From: Alkalispirochaeta sp.
Lineage (GTDB): Bacteria > Spirochaetota > Spirochaetia > DSM-27196 > Alkalispirochaetaceae
Assembly: GCA_965601925.1 (NCBI GenBank)
Contig: OZ271854.1
Location: 672,001-736,000 of the forward strand
Reading direction: 5' to 3'
DNA: 64,000 nt
This document shows positions 49,961 through 60,144 of the stretch, in pieces. The position numbers were made by a program, and so were the translations under genes. Under the pieces are notes generated by a model. The model searched no databases. It saw only the letters and a list, made by a program, of their open reading frames with translations, and had not been told where the DNA came from. Positions within the stretch are counted from its first letter, which is position 1. Every line of letters starts with the position of its first letter.

Positions 49961-49989
49961 AGTATATCTTCAGGAGGTTCCCGTGTCAC
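49961..49989 (-). promoter_or_regulatory. sigma70-type promoter of the ABC-F leader
   Basis: GTGACA-N17-TATACT. Confidence 0.7.
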
Positions 49990-51065
49990 CAGTGAACAAC
50001 GAGTACTTCGTATATATCGGGACGCGCGATCCGGCGGGCGTCTACCGCGCTCGCCTCGATATCGAAAGCGGCGATCTTACGCAGCCCGAACCGATCGTCG
50101 GAATCGACAATCCGGGTTGGCTGACACTCAATCCGCGCCGTCCCGTGTTGTACGCGACGTGTCTGGGAGATTCCTGCACCGATGCCGGCTACGGGTATGT
50201 CAACGCCTTTGGAATCGATACGCGGACCGGCGATCTCTCCTTTATCGGCGGTCAAACGGGAGGCGGCCACCCCCTCGTACATCTGAACGTTGACCCCGCG
50301 GGGGAGCTCCTGGCGGCCGCGAGCTATCACGGCACCGCCATGGCGGTCTTTCCGCTTACCGAGAACGGCGGCATCGCTCGGGCTGTTACCAAGCACAATT
50401 TCAATCATCCCGGCTCCGGCGTCGTACCGGAACGACAGGGTCGAGCGTTTCCCCACTCGTTTACCTTCGACCGACACGGAGAATACGCATATCTGTGCGA
50501 CTTGGGAGCCGATGTGGTGTGGGTTTATCGCCGAAGCACCGAACGAGCCGATCTCGAACCGCACGATCCGCCTTCGTTCTCTCTCGCCCCCGGCTCGGGA
50601 CCGCGCCACGTGGCGTGGCACCCCGACGGACGTATCCTCTACGTCATCAACGAGTTGGCCAATACGATAACGGTGTGTCGGATTGACGCCGGTAACGCCC
50701 ATGAACTCCAGACCGTCGGCACGCTCCCGCCGAACTTCGAGGGCGAGAACACCACCGCGGAGGTCGCCGTATCACCCGACGGCCGCTTTGTGTACGGATC
50801 GAACCGGGGCCACAACAGCATTGCGATTTTTGCCGTAGAGCGTGGCTCCGGTCTCCTTCGCGCCGCGGGATGGACGCCGACCGACGGAGATCACCCACGC
50901 CACTTCACCCTCGAAGCGACCGGTAGGTGGTGTCTGGTCGCCAACCGCACGTCCGGCACCGTAGTGGTATTTCGACGCGACGCGGCGACGGGAACACTTA
51001 CTAAGGTGGGACACGTGGGCGGCATGGTAAACCCGCAGTGCGTCGTTCTGTACAGGGGAGGATAG
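49983..51065 (+). CDS. pgl: 6-phosphogluconolactonase-like beta-propeller lactonase
   Basis: 'ERQ..AFPH', 'GSGPRH', 'YVINEL', 'YGSNRGHNSI', 'PRHF'. Confidence 0.85.
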   Translation: MSPVNNEYFVYIGTRDPAGVYRARLDIESGDLTQPEPIVGIDNPGWLTLNPRRPVLYATCLGDSCTDAGYGYVNAFGIDTRTGDLSFIGGQTGGGHPLVHLNVDPAGELLAAASYHGTAMAVFPLTENGGIARAVTKHNFNHPGSGVVPERQGRAFPHSFTFDRHGEYAYLCDLGADVVWVYRRSTERADLEPHDPPSFSLAPGSGPRHVAWHPDGRILYVINELANTITVCRIDAGNAHELQTVGTLPPNFEGENTTAEVAVSPDGRFVYGSNRGHNSIAIFAVERGSGLLRAAGWTPTDGDHPRHFTLEATGRWCLVANRTSGTVVVFRRDAATGTLTKVGHVGGMVNPQCVVLYRGG

Positions 51066-51083
51066 TCGAGCGACGCGTCGCGC

Positions 51084-51566
51084 CTACTCTTTTACGCAGT
51101 CAACCACGACGCCGCCGGTAACGGTGATGAGCTGGTCAAAGGTGAGCGAAACGTTATCGTGATGCGTACCGGCGGCGGCGTATACGACCGGCCAGCGCGA
51201 GAGCGTCTCATCGATAATGACGCGCACTCCCTCGGTCCGATGGCCCACCGGGGCGACACCGCCGGGCGGATAGCCGAAGATGTCGAGACACTGCGCGCCG
51301 GTCGCGATCTTGACCTTTTTTCTGCCCACCGAAAAGTGACGCGCAATCTTGGCATCCGAGAGCCGCTTGTCACCGGCGGCAACCGCTACGGTGGGACTAC
51401 CGTCTACCATGAGGCACATACTCTTCGCGATCTGCCCCAACTCGCACCCGATTGAGCGCGCCGCGTCCTCACTGGTAAATGTGCTGTCCTCGAAATGCAC
51501 GACTCTCAGCCCGAGAGCAAAGCCGTCGAGGACGCGTTGTACGTGATCCGGTGTGAGCGCTTGCAT
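51084..51566 (-). CDS. YbaK/EbsC aminoacyl-tRNA editing family protein
   Basis: 'QIAKSM', 'GYPPGGVAPVGH', 'YAAAG'. Confidence 0.9.
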   Translation of the reverse strand: MQALTPDHVQRVLDGFALGLRVVHFEDSTFTSEDAARSIGCELGQIAKSMCLMVDGSPTVAVAAGDKRLSDAKIARHFSVGRKKVKIATGAQCLDIFGYPPGGVAPVGHRTEGVRVIIDETLSRWPVVYAAAGTHHDNVSLTFDQLITVTGGVVVDCVKE

Positions 51567-51591
51567 AGTCGCACGTCGGGCCGAGTCGGCC

Positions 51592-53229
51592 TCAATCGGC
51601 GGATCGAACCTCGACGGAGTATTCGGCCCCGGGGTCGGTCAGATAGAGGGGAGCAATATCCACATAATAGGTCCCGGACTCCAGCATCATATCGATACGG
51701 GAGTTGAATCCGAACCCACCGTCGTCGTTGGAAATGATCGGCTCGATCGCGTCGTCGTACAACGTCATGTACGTATCGATATCGCCGTACGTCTCGATCG
51801 TGACCTCGCGCCCTTCGGGGTGGGTATCGGAGGAGATGTCGATCCGCAACCAATCGACGTCGCCGTCCGACGAGAAGGTTCGTCGTTGAGGACTCGCTCC
51901 CACCACGATTTGCGCCGCCTCGTCGGATACGTTGTCGGGTTCGTACTCGTCGAACGCGAGGTATTCGACGCCCCAGACGAGTCGATAATCGCCTTCGGTC
52001 GAATCGCCGAACCCACGCACCTCGACATAGATCGGACCGGTCGTCTCGGACAGGAGCACGCGCGCATTACCCCACTCGCCCCCGTCGTCATTGTAGGCGA
52101 TCTCCCGTCCGTCCTGGTCGTACACCACCATGACCGTGTCGATCTGACTCTCGGTCTCTAAACGAAGGGCGGGAACATCACGAGGGTCGCCGTCGTGGTC
52201 GAAGGCTTCCCGGAACGTCGAGAAGTCGACGGCGTACCAGTCGCTGTCGAAGGAGGGACGAATACTACTTTCCAACGGCAAATCGCTCGGCCCTATGGGC
52301 GTCGCCTGAGCGAGTGTATCATTGGGCTCCAACGTATCGGCGACAAACGTCACATTCGCAAGATGCAGGTTATACGGTCCCGTCGCGGAGTTGGCAAACC
52401 CGCGCACCTTTATCCAATATCGGCTCCCCGGTTCCACCGCAAACGAAATCGAGGCGTTGGTGCTTCCCAATGCGTCGTCGTTCTGACCTACGAGCATGGT
52501 CCACGTATCCGGGCCGTATACCTCGATATACGTATCGGTCGTACCGGTGGTGAAGGCGTTGACCGCCGGGACGTCGTCGCTCCCGACGGCGGCTCCTTCC
52601 GCGATAAAGGAGAACCAGTCCTCATCGCCTTGGGCTTCCAAGAACAGATCCGAGGCGACCTCGCCGACCGTTATCGGGACCGCGGCGTCGGGATCGTTCG
52701 TTACGTCGTCGGTTCCCACAACGGCAGCGGAGGCGTAAGAGAGGGCGGGACGAAGGGCGTCGGCCAACTCGTTTGAGCGTTCGATCCGTAGTCGAGAGCT
52801 GGCGAGAATCCGTCCTTCGCCGTGTATCAGCTGTACGACAAAGAGCGCCTCATCGCCCTCACCCCCGCCGTCGACATGTACCAACACGTCGGCGGGAGCG
52901 GAGTCGCGTACCTCTACGGTGAGCGCGCCTTGAAATCGGCGGGAGGCCGCGAGAAGCTCGTCCTCAATGACGGCGATCAAAAGCGACGCCAGACGCGGAG
53001 GTCGCCCGTCATACATCACCTCCTCGACGGCGACGGTCACCGGGTCGACCGAATCGAACGCGATATCGATCGCCGGGAGAAGACGCCCCGCGGCGGCGGC
53101 GATAAGCTCGACCGTATCCGAAGTATCGCGAGCGGAATCCTGGGCCTCCAGGTGCCGCGGCACGACGAATAGGCTCGCGAGAGAAACCGTGACGAGTGAG
53201 ATGGTAAGGCGTCGCATAATGTAGACCAT
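51592..53229 (-). CDS. Secreted protein with three PPC-like beta-sandwich repeats
   Basis: Signal peptide; repeated 'D.DW(F/Y/L)', 'DT...(V/L)Y', 'NDD.G..N..I', 'EP.D/N'. Confidence 0.75.
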   Translation of the reverse strand: MVYIMRRLTISLVTVSLASLFVVPRHLEAQDSARDTSDTVELIAAAAGRLLPAIDIAFDSVDPVTVAVEEVMYDGRPPRLASLLIAVIEDELLAASRRFQGALTVEVRDSAPADVLVHVDGGGEGDEALFVVQLIHGEGRILASSRLRIERSNELADALRPALSYASAAVVGTDDVTNDPDAAVPITVGEVASDLFLEAQGDEDWFSFIAEGAAVGSDDVPAVNAFTTGTTDTYIEVYGPDTWTMLVGQNDDALGSTNASISFAVEPGSRYWIKVRGFANSATGPYNLHLANVTFVADTLEPNDTLAQATPIGPSDLPLESSIRPSFDSDWYAVDFSTFREAFDHDGDPRDVPALRLETESQIDTVMVVYDQDGREIAYNDDGGEWGNARVLLSETTGPIYVEVRGFGDSTEGDYRLVWGVEYLAFDEYEPDNVSDEAAQIVVGASPQRRTFSSDGDVDWLRIDISSDTHPEGREVTIETYGDIDTYMTLYDDAIEPIISNDDGGFGFNSRIDMMLESGTYYVDIAPLYLTDPGAEYSVEVRSAD

Positions 53230-53260
53230 AGTAGCCTCCGAGGTGGCGGGATACAATCCC

Positions 53261-55381
53261 TTACTTCTTGTAATAGTGCGCGGATTGCGCCTCGTTGCGC
53301 GCTCGCTTCGCACCGTACATCGAATGGTCGGCGAGGCGCACGAGTTGTTCATAGGTGGTACCGTCGCGCGGGAAGAGTGCTACGCCGGTGCTGACCGAAA
53401 TCGTTACTTCCCCCGAAAACTGTCCGCGACCGTCGCCGATTGCGATCGGCGCGTGGAGAATCTCGTGGAGCTTGGCCACTCTGTTCGCCACCGCTGAGTC
53501 GTCGGCGATATCGTGAAGCATGATGACGAACTCATCGCCCCCCACTCGGGCGACGAGATCGCCGGCGCGCGTCCCCTCCCGGAGTCGTTTGGCCACCGCG
53601 CGGAGCACATCGTCGCCGGCTTCGTGACCGTAGGTATCGTTAATCGGCTTGAAGTCGTCGAGGTCGATATACAACAGCGCGAGGGGGCGCGTACCGTCCT
53701 TGCGGCTGTGCAACTGAGCGGTCAATATCTCCTGAAACATTCGTCGGTTGGCGAGCCCCGTGAGATGGTCGCGATTGGCCACCCTACTGATTCGCTCGTA
53801 CGCCTGACGAAGTTCGTCTTTTTCCTGTACGACCAATCGATTGACCAGAGTCACTCGATCGAGGATGAGCGCGTTATCGATTGCGATCCCCAGAAAGGAG
53901 GCGAGGGTGCGTACCATTCGAATATCCAGATTCGAATACGCGCCGATGCGCGAAGTCTGCACGCTGAGCACGCCGATAAAACGATCCTTCACGATGAGGG
54001 GCAGGTAAATTGCCGAACGCTTTTCGCCGCCCGACGCGGAGGAAGGAAAGGTCTTGATGAAGTGTCGATACTCGGAACGTAAATCGTCGATAATGACCGG
54101 CTTGCGGTTGCGTACGACCCACGCACTGAAACTATTCTCGTCACTACCGTCGATGCGCGTCGGTTCGCCCCGTCGACCGTGATGGATCACCAGTTGATAG
54201 TCCAAGGCGTCCGCCTCGTGATCGTACAACGCGATGGAGAACAGCTCCGCATCGAGAATGCGATTCACTCGTTGGTAGAGGCCATCCAATATATCGTCCA
54301 AATCGAGACTGGAGGTGATTTCTTGCGCAATCTCGCTCACAACCTCGAGTCGGTCTACCTCCATCCGCTTGGAGAGTTCCAGCATTCGGTGTTCGGTCCA
54401 TTCCTCCTCGATAGTCTCTTTGAGTTCGACGTATCGCTTGTAACTCTCCAACGCCTGCGGAAGTTCGTGTCGCTCCTCGTGCATCTGCGCGATGCGCTCG
54501 TGGAGATGATACAAGAGATGGCGTACCGGCATGCGCAACGCGAGATCCCGAGCTCGCCGGTAAAATCCGAGGGCGGCCTCTTCCAGGCTGAAGTGACGAT
54601 ACACGTCACCGCAGTGCATGAGAGCGGCGCAGCGCAGCGAGGGGCTTCGGATGTCGCACGCGACTTGGATACTCTCGGCCTCCAAGCGGGCCGCCTCTGC
54701 GGTATTGTCGCGCCGCGCCTCCAACGTACCGAGGAGCGCGTAAAGCGCGCTTTCGTTAAACCGATCGTCGAGCGTTGCGGCGATCTCGCAGGCACGCGTT
54801 AAGTATCCGAGGGCAAGTTCGCCGTTGCCCTCGATCAGCGCAATGTCGCCGAGATGCTGTAGAATGATCATCTCGGACGAATCGTCGGGGTGTTCTCCCA
54901 GAAGCGTTGCCGCCTGCAAAAAGAGATCGCGACCGTAGGCGATGTGACCCAGGTCCAGCTCAACCTCACCCAAGCGACAGAGACCCTCGATCCGACTGTG
55001 TGTCAGATCGGCGCGTTCGGCGATGGACAGACTCTCGCGATAGGAGGCGACCGCGCGCGACATCTCCCATTGACCGTGGAGCGCCGCGCCGAGCCCCATG
55101 TGGAGATTACACGACAGCTCTCCGTCGATCGTGTCGAGGTCGACGCGATTCAGCACATCCTGTAGATCGGACGCGGCGCGGCGAAAGTCGGTGAGGACGA
55201 TTCGCGCGGTGGCAAGTCGTAGAATCGCCTCGAGCTCATCCCTGAGTGACCCGATCGCCTCGGCCTCGGCGAGCTCGTCGATCGTCGTGCGTTCCACCGC
55301 CGCCGGATCGTAGAATTGATCCTCCCGGGCGCGTTGGTGAAACAAACCGAGATGATTCAGATCGGCAGACGACTTTGGCAC
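53261..55381 (-). CDS. TPR-GAF-GGDEF diguanylate cyclase
   Basis: Helical repeats, GAF ('LPLIV..RFIGVLSVQ'), 'D.LTGL.NRR', RAGD I-site, GGDEF. Confidence 0.9.
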   Translation of the reverse strand: MPKSSADLNHLGLFHQRAREDQFYDPAAVERTTIDELAEAEAIGSLRDELEAILRLATARIVLTDFRRAASDLQDVLNRVDLDTIDGELSCNLHMGLGAALHGQWEMSRAVASYRESLSIAERADLTHSRIEGLCRLGEVELDLGHIAYGRDLFLQAATLLGEHPDDSSEMIILQHLGDIALIEGNGELALGYLTRACEIAATLDDRFNESALYALLGTLEARRDNTAEAARLEAESIQVACDIRSPSLRCAALMHCGDVYRHFSLEEAALGFYRRARDLALRMPVRHLLYHLHERIAQMHEERHELPQALESYKRYVELKETIEEEWTEHRMLELSKRMEVDRLEVVSEIAQEITSSLDLDDILDGLYQRVNRILDAELFSIALYDHEADALDYQLVIHHGRRGEPTRIDGSDENSFSAWVVRNRKPVIIDDLRSEYRHFIKTFPSSASGGEKRSAIYLPLIVKDRFIGVLSVQTSRIGAYSNLDIRMVRTLASFLGIAIDNALILDRVTLVNRLVVQEKDELRQAYERISRVANRDHLTGLANRRMFQEILTAQLHSRKDGTRPLALLYIDLDDFKPINDTYGHEAGDDVLRAVAKRLREGTRAGDLVARVGGDEFVIMLHDIADDSAVANRVAKLHEILHAPIAIGDGRGQFSGEVTISVSTGVALFPRDGTTYEQLVRLADHSMYGAKRARNEAQSAHYYKK

Positions 55382-55450
55382 GACCGGACGCTCTCCTCGT
55401 GTTGCAATTGTAGTGTGTTGTTTCGGTTTCGGTCTATCATTGCCGCTCGT

Positions 55451-56254
55451 ATGAAAGACTTTTCCAAGGGTTTGGCCGCCGCGATACCGATCGCCAGCGG
55501 ATATGTGCCGGTAGCCGTCACGTTCGGATTGATCGCGCGGACATTCGGGCTCTCACCGATGGATGCGACACTCGCATCGCTGTTCATTTTTGCGGGTTCA
55601 TCGCAGTTTCTCGCAATCGGCGCCTACGGAGCGGCGGCGACCGCGGTTAGCCTGGGAACGGAGATGACGACGCAGAACGCCGCATGGATCGTCGGTCCGT
55701 GGCCGACGGGAGCCCAACTCGTAGTTCTCCTACAGATCGTCGTCGCCGGATGGTTACTCAATCTCCGCCATCTTCTGATGAGCTCCGTGGTTGCGGAGCA
55801 TCTCGCCGGCGCCCGCTCTCGTCTCGCGCGAAACCTCCTCGCCTTCGGCGTTACCGATGAGGTATTCGGCGTTGCGGGGCTCCAAATCGCCCGGGACGGC
55901 TCGATTCGCGCGCGCTACCTCGCCGGGCTGGAGCTGGGGGCATACTCGGCATGGGTCGCCGGTACCGCCCTCGGAGCGCTCGTCGGTGACATATTGCCCG
56001 ACCGCCTGCGGGTCGCCATGGGCCTTGCGCTCTACGCGCTCTTTGCCGCGCTCCTGGCCGGCCAATTTCGCTCGGCGCGCGATGGAGCACGCGGGCTTTG
56101 TATGCGTCTTGCCGTCGCGGCGGTTACTGCGGCGGGGACCAACGCCGTCCTGCGATTCGTAGTCGGACTCGACGCGGGTTCGGCGTTTCCCGTTGCGATG
56201 ATCGTCGGGGCGGGATTCGCGGCGGTGGGAGGACGTAGTGATGGTGCGCGTTGA
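55451..56254 (+). CDS. azlC: AzlC branched-chain amino acid export permease
   Basis: 'FAGSSQF', 'NLRHLLMS', 'GVTDEVF'. Confidence 0.88.
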   Translation: MKDFSKGLAAAIPIASGYVPVAVTFGLIARTFGLSPMDATLASLFIFAGSSQFLAIGAYGAAATAVSLGTEMTTQNAAWIVGPWPTGAQLVVLLQIVVAGWLLNLRHLLMSSVVAEHLAGARSRLARNLLAFGVTDEVFGVAGLQIARDGSIRARYLAGLELGAYSAWVAGTALGALVGDILPDRLRVAMGLALYALFAALLAGQFRSARDGARGLCMRLAVAAVTAAGTNAVLRFVVGLDAGSAFPVAMIVGAGFAAVGGRSDGAR

Positions 56255-56549
56255 TTGGCTCGTCGTGGTTGTGGGATTGACGATGGGCACGTATCTCATA
56301 CGGGCTCTGCCCTTTTGGTTCTCGAGCATAGATCGCCTACCGGAGCCGCTTCGTCGTTTCCTGGAGTTCGTCCCCGCCGCGGCGCTGGGCGCGTTAATCA
56401 TACCCGACGCCTTCATCGGTTCGCCGGCTGCGATCGCCGCGCTGTCGGTCGTCTCGGCGTTTGTATTGAGCCTGCGCGGCTTCAATCTCACCATCGTTGT
56501 ACTCGTATCGATTCTCCTCGCGTGGCTGGGCCTCGTTCTCATGCCTTGA
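56241..56549 (+). CDS. azlD: AzlD domain protein
   Basis: 'TYLIRALPF', 'VPAAALGALI.P'. Confidence 0.85.
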   Translation: MVRVDWLVVVVGLTMGTYLIRALPFWFSSIDRLPEPLRRFLEFVPAAALGALIIPDAFIGSPAAIAALSVVSAFVLSLRGFNLTIVVLVSILLAWLGLVLMP

Positions 56550-56581
56550 CAGACGCGGCGGCGACTCATCACCCTGGCGGC

Positions 56582-57616
56582 ATGGTCACGAAAGAACCCC
56601 TTTTGGGTCACACCGGAGCGGACCTCGAGGCGGTGGCGCGCCGTCTGGGAGAGGCCCCGTTTCGCGGTCGGCAACTACGCGACTGGCTCTATCGCCGATA
56701 CACCGCCAACTTCGATGCGATGGACAATCTTCCCAAAGCGTTTCGGGCCCGCTTGGATGAGCAATACACGCCCGGTTCCCTCGGTCCGGTGCGCGTCAGC
56801 GCGAGCGCCGACGGAACGCGAAAGTACCTCTTCCCGACTCGCCACGGCGGGTTTGTCGAAGCCGCGCTCATTCCCGAGGGCAAGCGCTCGACATTGTGTC
56901 TTTCCACACAGGTCGGTTGTCGTCGGAGCTGTACCTTTTGTCAGACCGCCCGCCAGGGCTTTCAGGGAAACCTATCGGCGGGAGAAATCGTGAATCAGTA
57001 TCACAGCATTCCCGAACGCGATACGATTACCAATATCGTCTACATGGGAATGGGCGAGCCTCTGGACAACATAGAGGGCACGCTCGCCAGCCTCGAGCTG
57101 TTCACCGACCGCGAGGCGTATCGCCTCGCACCGCGACGCATCACCCTCTCGACCGTCGGTATCCACCCGCAGCTGGAACGGTTTCTGGATGCGAGCCCGG
57201 TGAATCTGGCGATCAGCCTCCACACGCCGTTTCCCGACGAACGGAGACGTATCATGCCGGTCGAGAACGCACATCCGATCGAGGAGACGCTTCGGCTCAT
57301 AAGAAGTCGGCGCGAGGATCGACAACGCCGAGTATCGTTCGAGTACACGATGTTTGCGGGCCTCAACGACACGCCGAAGCACATCGACGGAATCTCAAAG
57401 CTCCTCAACGGACTCGCGGTGCGGATCAACTTGATCCCCTTTCACCGTTTGGAAGGAAGCTCGCTCGCCCCGACGAGCACCGATGAGATCGAGACGTTTG
57501 CCGAACGGCTTCGTGCCAAAGGGTTTCGCGCCTCTATTCGCCGCTCCCGAGGACAAGATATCGAGGCTGCCTGCGGTATGCTCTGGACTCGTCACGCTAC
57601 CGAACCGACGGTGTGA
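56582..57616 (+). CDS. rlmN: 23S rRNA m2A2503/tRNA methyltransferase
   Basis: 'CLSTQVGCRRSCTFC', MGMGEP, 'SLH', 'NLIP', 'DIEAACG'. Confidence 0.93.
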   Translation: MVTKEPLLGHTGADLEAVARRLGEAPFRGRQLRDWLYRRYTANFDAMDNLPKAFRARLDEQYTPGSLGPVRVSASADGTRKYLFPTRHGGFVEAALIPEGKRSTLCLSTQVGCRRSCTFCQTARQGFQGNLSAGEIVNQYHSIPERDTITNIVYMGMGEPLDNIEGTLASLELFTDREAYRLAPRRITLSTVGIHPQLERFLDASPVNLAISLHTPFPDERRRIMPVENAHPIEETLRLIRSRREDRQRRVSFEYTMFAGLNDTPKHIDGISKLLNGLAVRINLIPFHRLEGSSLAPTSTDEIETFAERLRAKGFRASIRRSRGQDIEAACGMLWTRHATEPTV

Positions 57617-57660
57617 TCGGCGGCCGCATACCGTCGATTCCTCGCCGTCTCCGTAGGTAT

Positions 57661-58452
57661 CTACTCCTGAGACTCGAGACGCGCGATCATCTCGTTCGCA
57701 AAGTCGGCTATTGCGCCGTCGATGCGAAAGTCCGCGAGATCGTCCAAGGGCGTTTCGCCGCGGGTAACGATTGCGAGAAGCGCGCCGTTGTTGCGGGCAA
57801 CCACCGGAATACTCGCCGCCGGCTGCACCGTGAGGGTGGAACCGATCGCGAGCAGAAGGTCACACTCGGTGAGCATCCTCTGAGCACGTTCTAGTTCCTC
57901 GGCGCGCAAGCTCTGACCGAACATCACCGTTGCCGGCTTGAGAAGCCCCCCGCACTCGTCGCAGCGCGGTATATCGTTGCGCCGCACCCTCGGAACGCCC
58001 TTCGTGTCGCGCGAAAGCGCGGCAAGCGGATCGAGCACGCCCTTCGCGTCCATTCGCCTACGGCAGCCCACACATTCCACTTCCAAATTGCTTCCATGGA
58101 GATTCACGATCAAATCGGAGGGTATGCCGCTCTTCTCGTGGAGACCGTCGATATTCTGCGTGATGACGCCGTGCAGACGGTTTCGCTCGAAGAGAGAACG
58201 CACCAATCGATGCCCGGGGCCGGGCGTCGCGTCGCGCATAGCCGGCCAAACCGACGCCTTATGCGTCCAATATTCCACGCGCTTCTCCTCGCTTGCGAGA
58301 AACTCCTGAAAGTACACGGGCTGATATCGTTCGTACTGCCCGCCGGTCCCGCGATAGTCCGGGATACCCGAGTCGGTGGAGATACCGGCGCCGGAGAACA
58401 CGACCACTCCGCGTGCCGAGATAAGGGAACGGGCCAATGATTCATTCGTCAT
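57661..58452 (-). CDS. cobB: Sir2-family NAD-dependent deacylase
   Basis: GAGISTDSGIPDYR, TQNIDGLH, HGS, CVGC/CDEC, 'GSTL.VQPAA'. Confidence 0.9.
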   Translation of the reverse strand: MTNESLARSLISARGVVVFSGAGISTDSGIPDYRGTGGQYERYQPVYFQEFLASEEKRVEYWTHKASVWPAMRDATPGPGHRLVRSLFERNRLHGVITQNIDGLHEKSGIPSDLIVNLHGSNLEVECVGCRRRMDAKGVLDPLAALSRDTKGVPRVRRNDIPRCDECGGLLKPATVMFGQSLRAEELERAQRMLTECDLLLAIGSTLTVQPAASIPVVARNNGALLAIVTRGETPLDDLADFRIDGAIADFANEMIARLESQE

Positions 58453-59785
58453 GACTCGCCACCCTCCTTGAGCGGCCCTCAATTCCGGCTATGTGCGGAG
58501 GCGGACCGGAGGCCGCACCCAGCTCGTGGAGCTTGCGGGCGGTCGGCAATATGCGTCTCTCGAACGAGCCCGCCGCCTCGTTGAAGCGTTCGACCGCCTG
58601 GGTAAGGCTACCGCCGAGCCGATTGAGATGGTCGGCAAAGGGTCCGAGTCGCTCCAGAAGCTCGCGCCCCGCCGAGGAGATCGCCTGAGCATTCTCCGAC
58701 AGTCGCATGTGCATCCATCCGTAGGCCACAACGCGCAACAACGCCAAGAAACTCGCCGGAGCGACGACGACCACGCGGTGTGCCAAGGCGTACTCCAATA
58801 GATCGGGATCGACGGTAAAGGCGGCCGAGAGTCCGCTTTCGTAGGGCACGAGAAGCGCGACGAACTCAGGGGCGCGATCGAACTGCGCCCAATACGCCTT
58901 ACTCGCCAGACTCTGGATATGGGAGCGTAGCGCGGCGCCGTGTCGTTTCAGGGCTTGACGGGAGAGCTCGGGAGTCGGCGCCTCCTGCGACTCCAGGTAG
59001 GCCGACATCGGGGCTTTGGCGTCGACCGGAAGTACTCCGTCCGATGGGAGTCGCACGACGAGATCGGGGCGCCGTCGGATGGCGTCGCCGGCGGTGGCGG
59101 TTCCCACCGCCTGCTCGTCGAAGTCGACGTGTTCGTTCATACCGGCGAGCTCTACGAGCCTCCGCAACTGAACCTCGCCCCACTTGCCGCGTACGTTGGG
59201 GGCGCGTAACGCTTGATCGAGAGAGGTCGTCGCTTGGTGCAGACTGCGATACTGCTGCGATATGAGTTGAATCTGATCGGCGATGCCCTGATACGCCCCT
59301 TGACGCTTCTCTTCCAGGGCGCGTACTTGGGTATCCAACTTACGCAACTCAGTACTCAAGGGGCGCACCAAGCCGGACAGCTCCTCCTTGTGGGCGCCCC
59401 AGTCCGCCTTAAGTACGCGGCCGAACTGGTCGAGGTGCGTCTTACTCTGGTCGGTTAGAACGCGCGCGCTCTCCTGAAGCGTCCTGGAAGCTAACGACTC
59501 GAAGGTTTCACGGAGCGTCTTCTCGGCGTTCCCGAGCCACGCCAGGCGCTCGTCGGCAACGGCGACCTGCCCCCTCAAGTCCGCAACCTCGATGCCGAGC
59601 GTCTCGGCACGAGTCCGCGCTTCGTCGCGTTCGGCCGTCAACTCCGAGAGCCGCTCTCGTAGCGACCGGATCTCCGCCCTGTCGTCGGCGCGACGACCGA
59701 TTAGGGTCATGCGTACGAGAAGTATGATCATCGCCGCCGCGACGCACACGGAGGCGATGATGAGGTAGGTCAACGAGGCGGCCAC
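58442..59785 (-). CDS. rmuC: DNA recombination protein RmuC
   Basis: TM, coiled coil, 'RGKWGEVQLRR..ELAGM', 'RPD', 'VDAKAP', 'KAYW'. Confidence 0.92.
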   Translation of the reverse strand: MAASLTYLIIASVCVAAAMIILLVRMTLIGRRADDRAEIRSLRERLSELTAERDEARTRAETLGIEVADLRGQVAVADERLAWLGNAEKTLRETFESLASRTLQESARVLTDQSKTHLDQFGRVLKADWGAHKEELSGLVRPLSTELRKLDTQVRALEEKRQGAYQGIADQIQLISQQYRSLHQATTSLDQALRAPNVRGKWGEVQLRRLVELAGMNEHVDFDEQAVGTATAGDAIRRRPDLVVRLPSDGVLPVDAKAPMSAYLESQEAPTPELSRQALKRHGAALRSHIQSLASKAYWAQFDRAPEFVALLVPYESGLSAAFTVDPDLLEYALAHRVVVVAPASFLALLRVVAYGWMHMRLSENAQAISSAGRELLERLGPFADHLNRLGGSLTQAVERFNEAAGSFERRILPTARKLHELGAASGPPPHIAGIEGRSRRVASHDE

Positions 59786-59840
59786 GGGGTAACCATACCG
59801 CGTACCCGTCGTCGTTGCCTATCGGTGAGGCGTCCGCCTC

Positions 59841-60077
59841 TCAGCCGATCTCCTTTGCAACGTAACCGGCCGGTTCCAACACACCGTTTACCGACTCCAA
59901 GGTCGGCGTCAAATCGTGGCGATACTCGATTACCAAACGCTTATCCGCAGACGTCGCACGGACCTTCTTGACGCCGGGAAGCCCGTGTACCGCGGTCGAT
60001 ACTTTCGCTTCGCAATGGCTGCAATTCATGTCCGGCACCTCAAACTCGACGCGCTTGCGCTCGGAAAAAAGACCCAT
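59841..60077 (-). CDS. copZ: Copper chaperone (HMA)
   Basis: 'DMNCSHC'. AGGAGG RBS. Confidence 0.85.
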   Translation of the reverse strand: MGLFSERKRVEFEVPDMNCSHCEAKVSTAVHGLPGVKKVRATSADKRLVIEYRHDLTPTLESVNGVLEPAGYVAKEIG

Positions 60078-60144
60078 ATGTCCTCCTAACGTTTCTCGTG
60101 TCCATCATATCCCGTACCACGGGTTCTCGACTTAACTATCGACG

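Noticed and set aside
56255..56581. Extended RlmN N-terminus / possible Cfr
   Set aside because: The extension overlaps azlD. The MGMGEP motif and housekeeping context indicate RlmN rather than Cfr.
57661..59785. Sir2 + RmuC as an anti-phage defence pair
   Set aside because: The sirtuin is a canonical zinc-binding CobB-type deacylase, not a ThsA/DSR-type NADase, and RmuC is ordinary.
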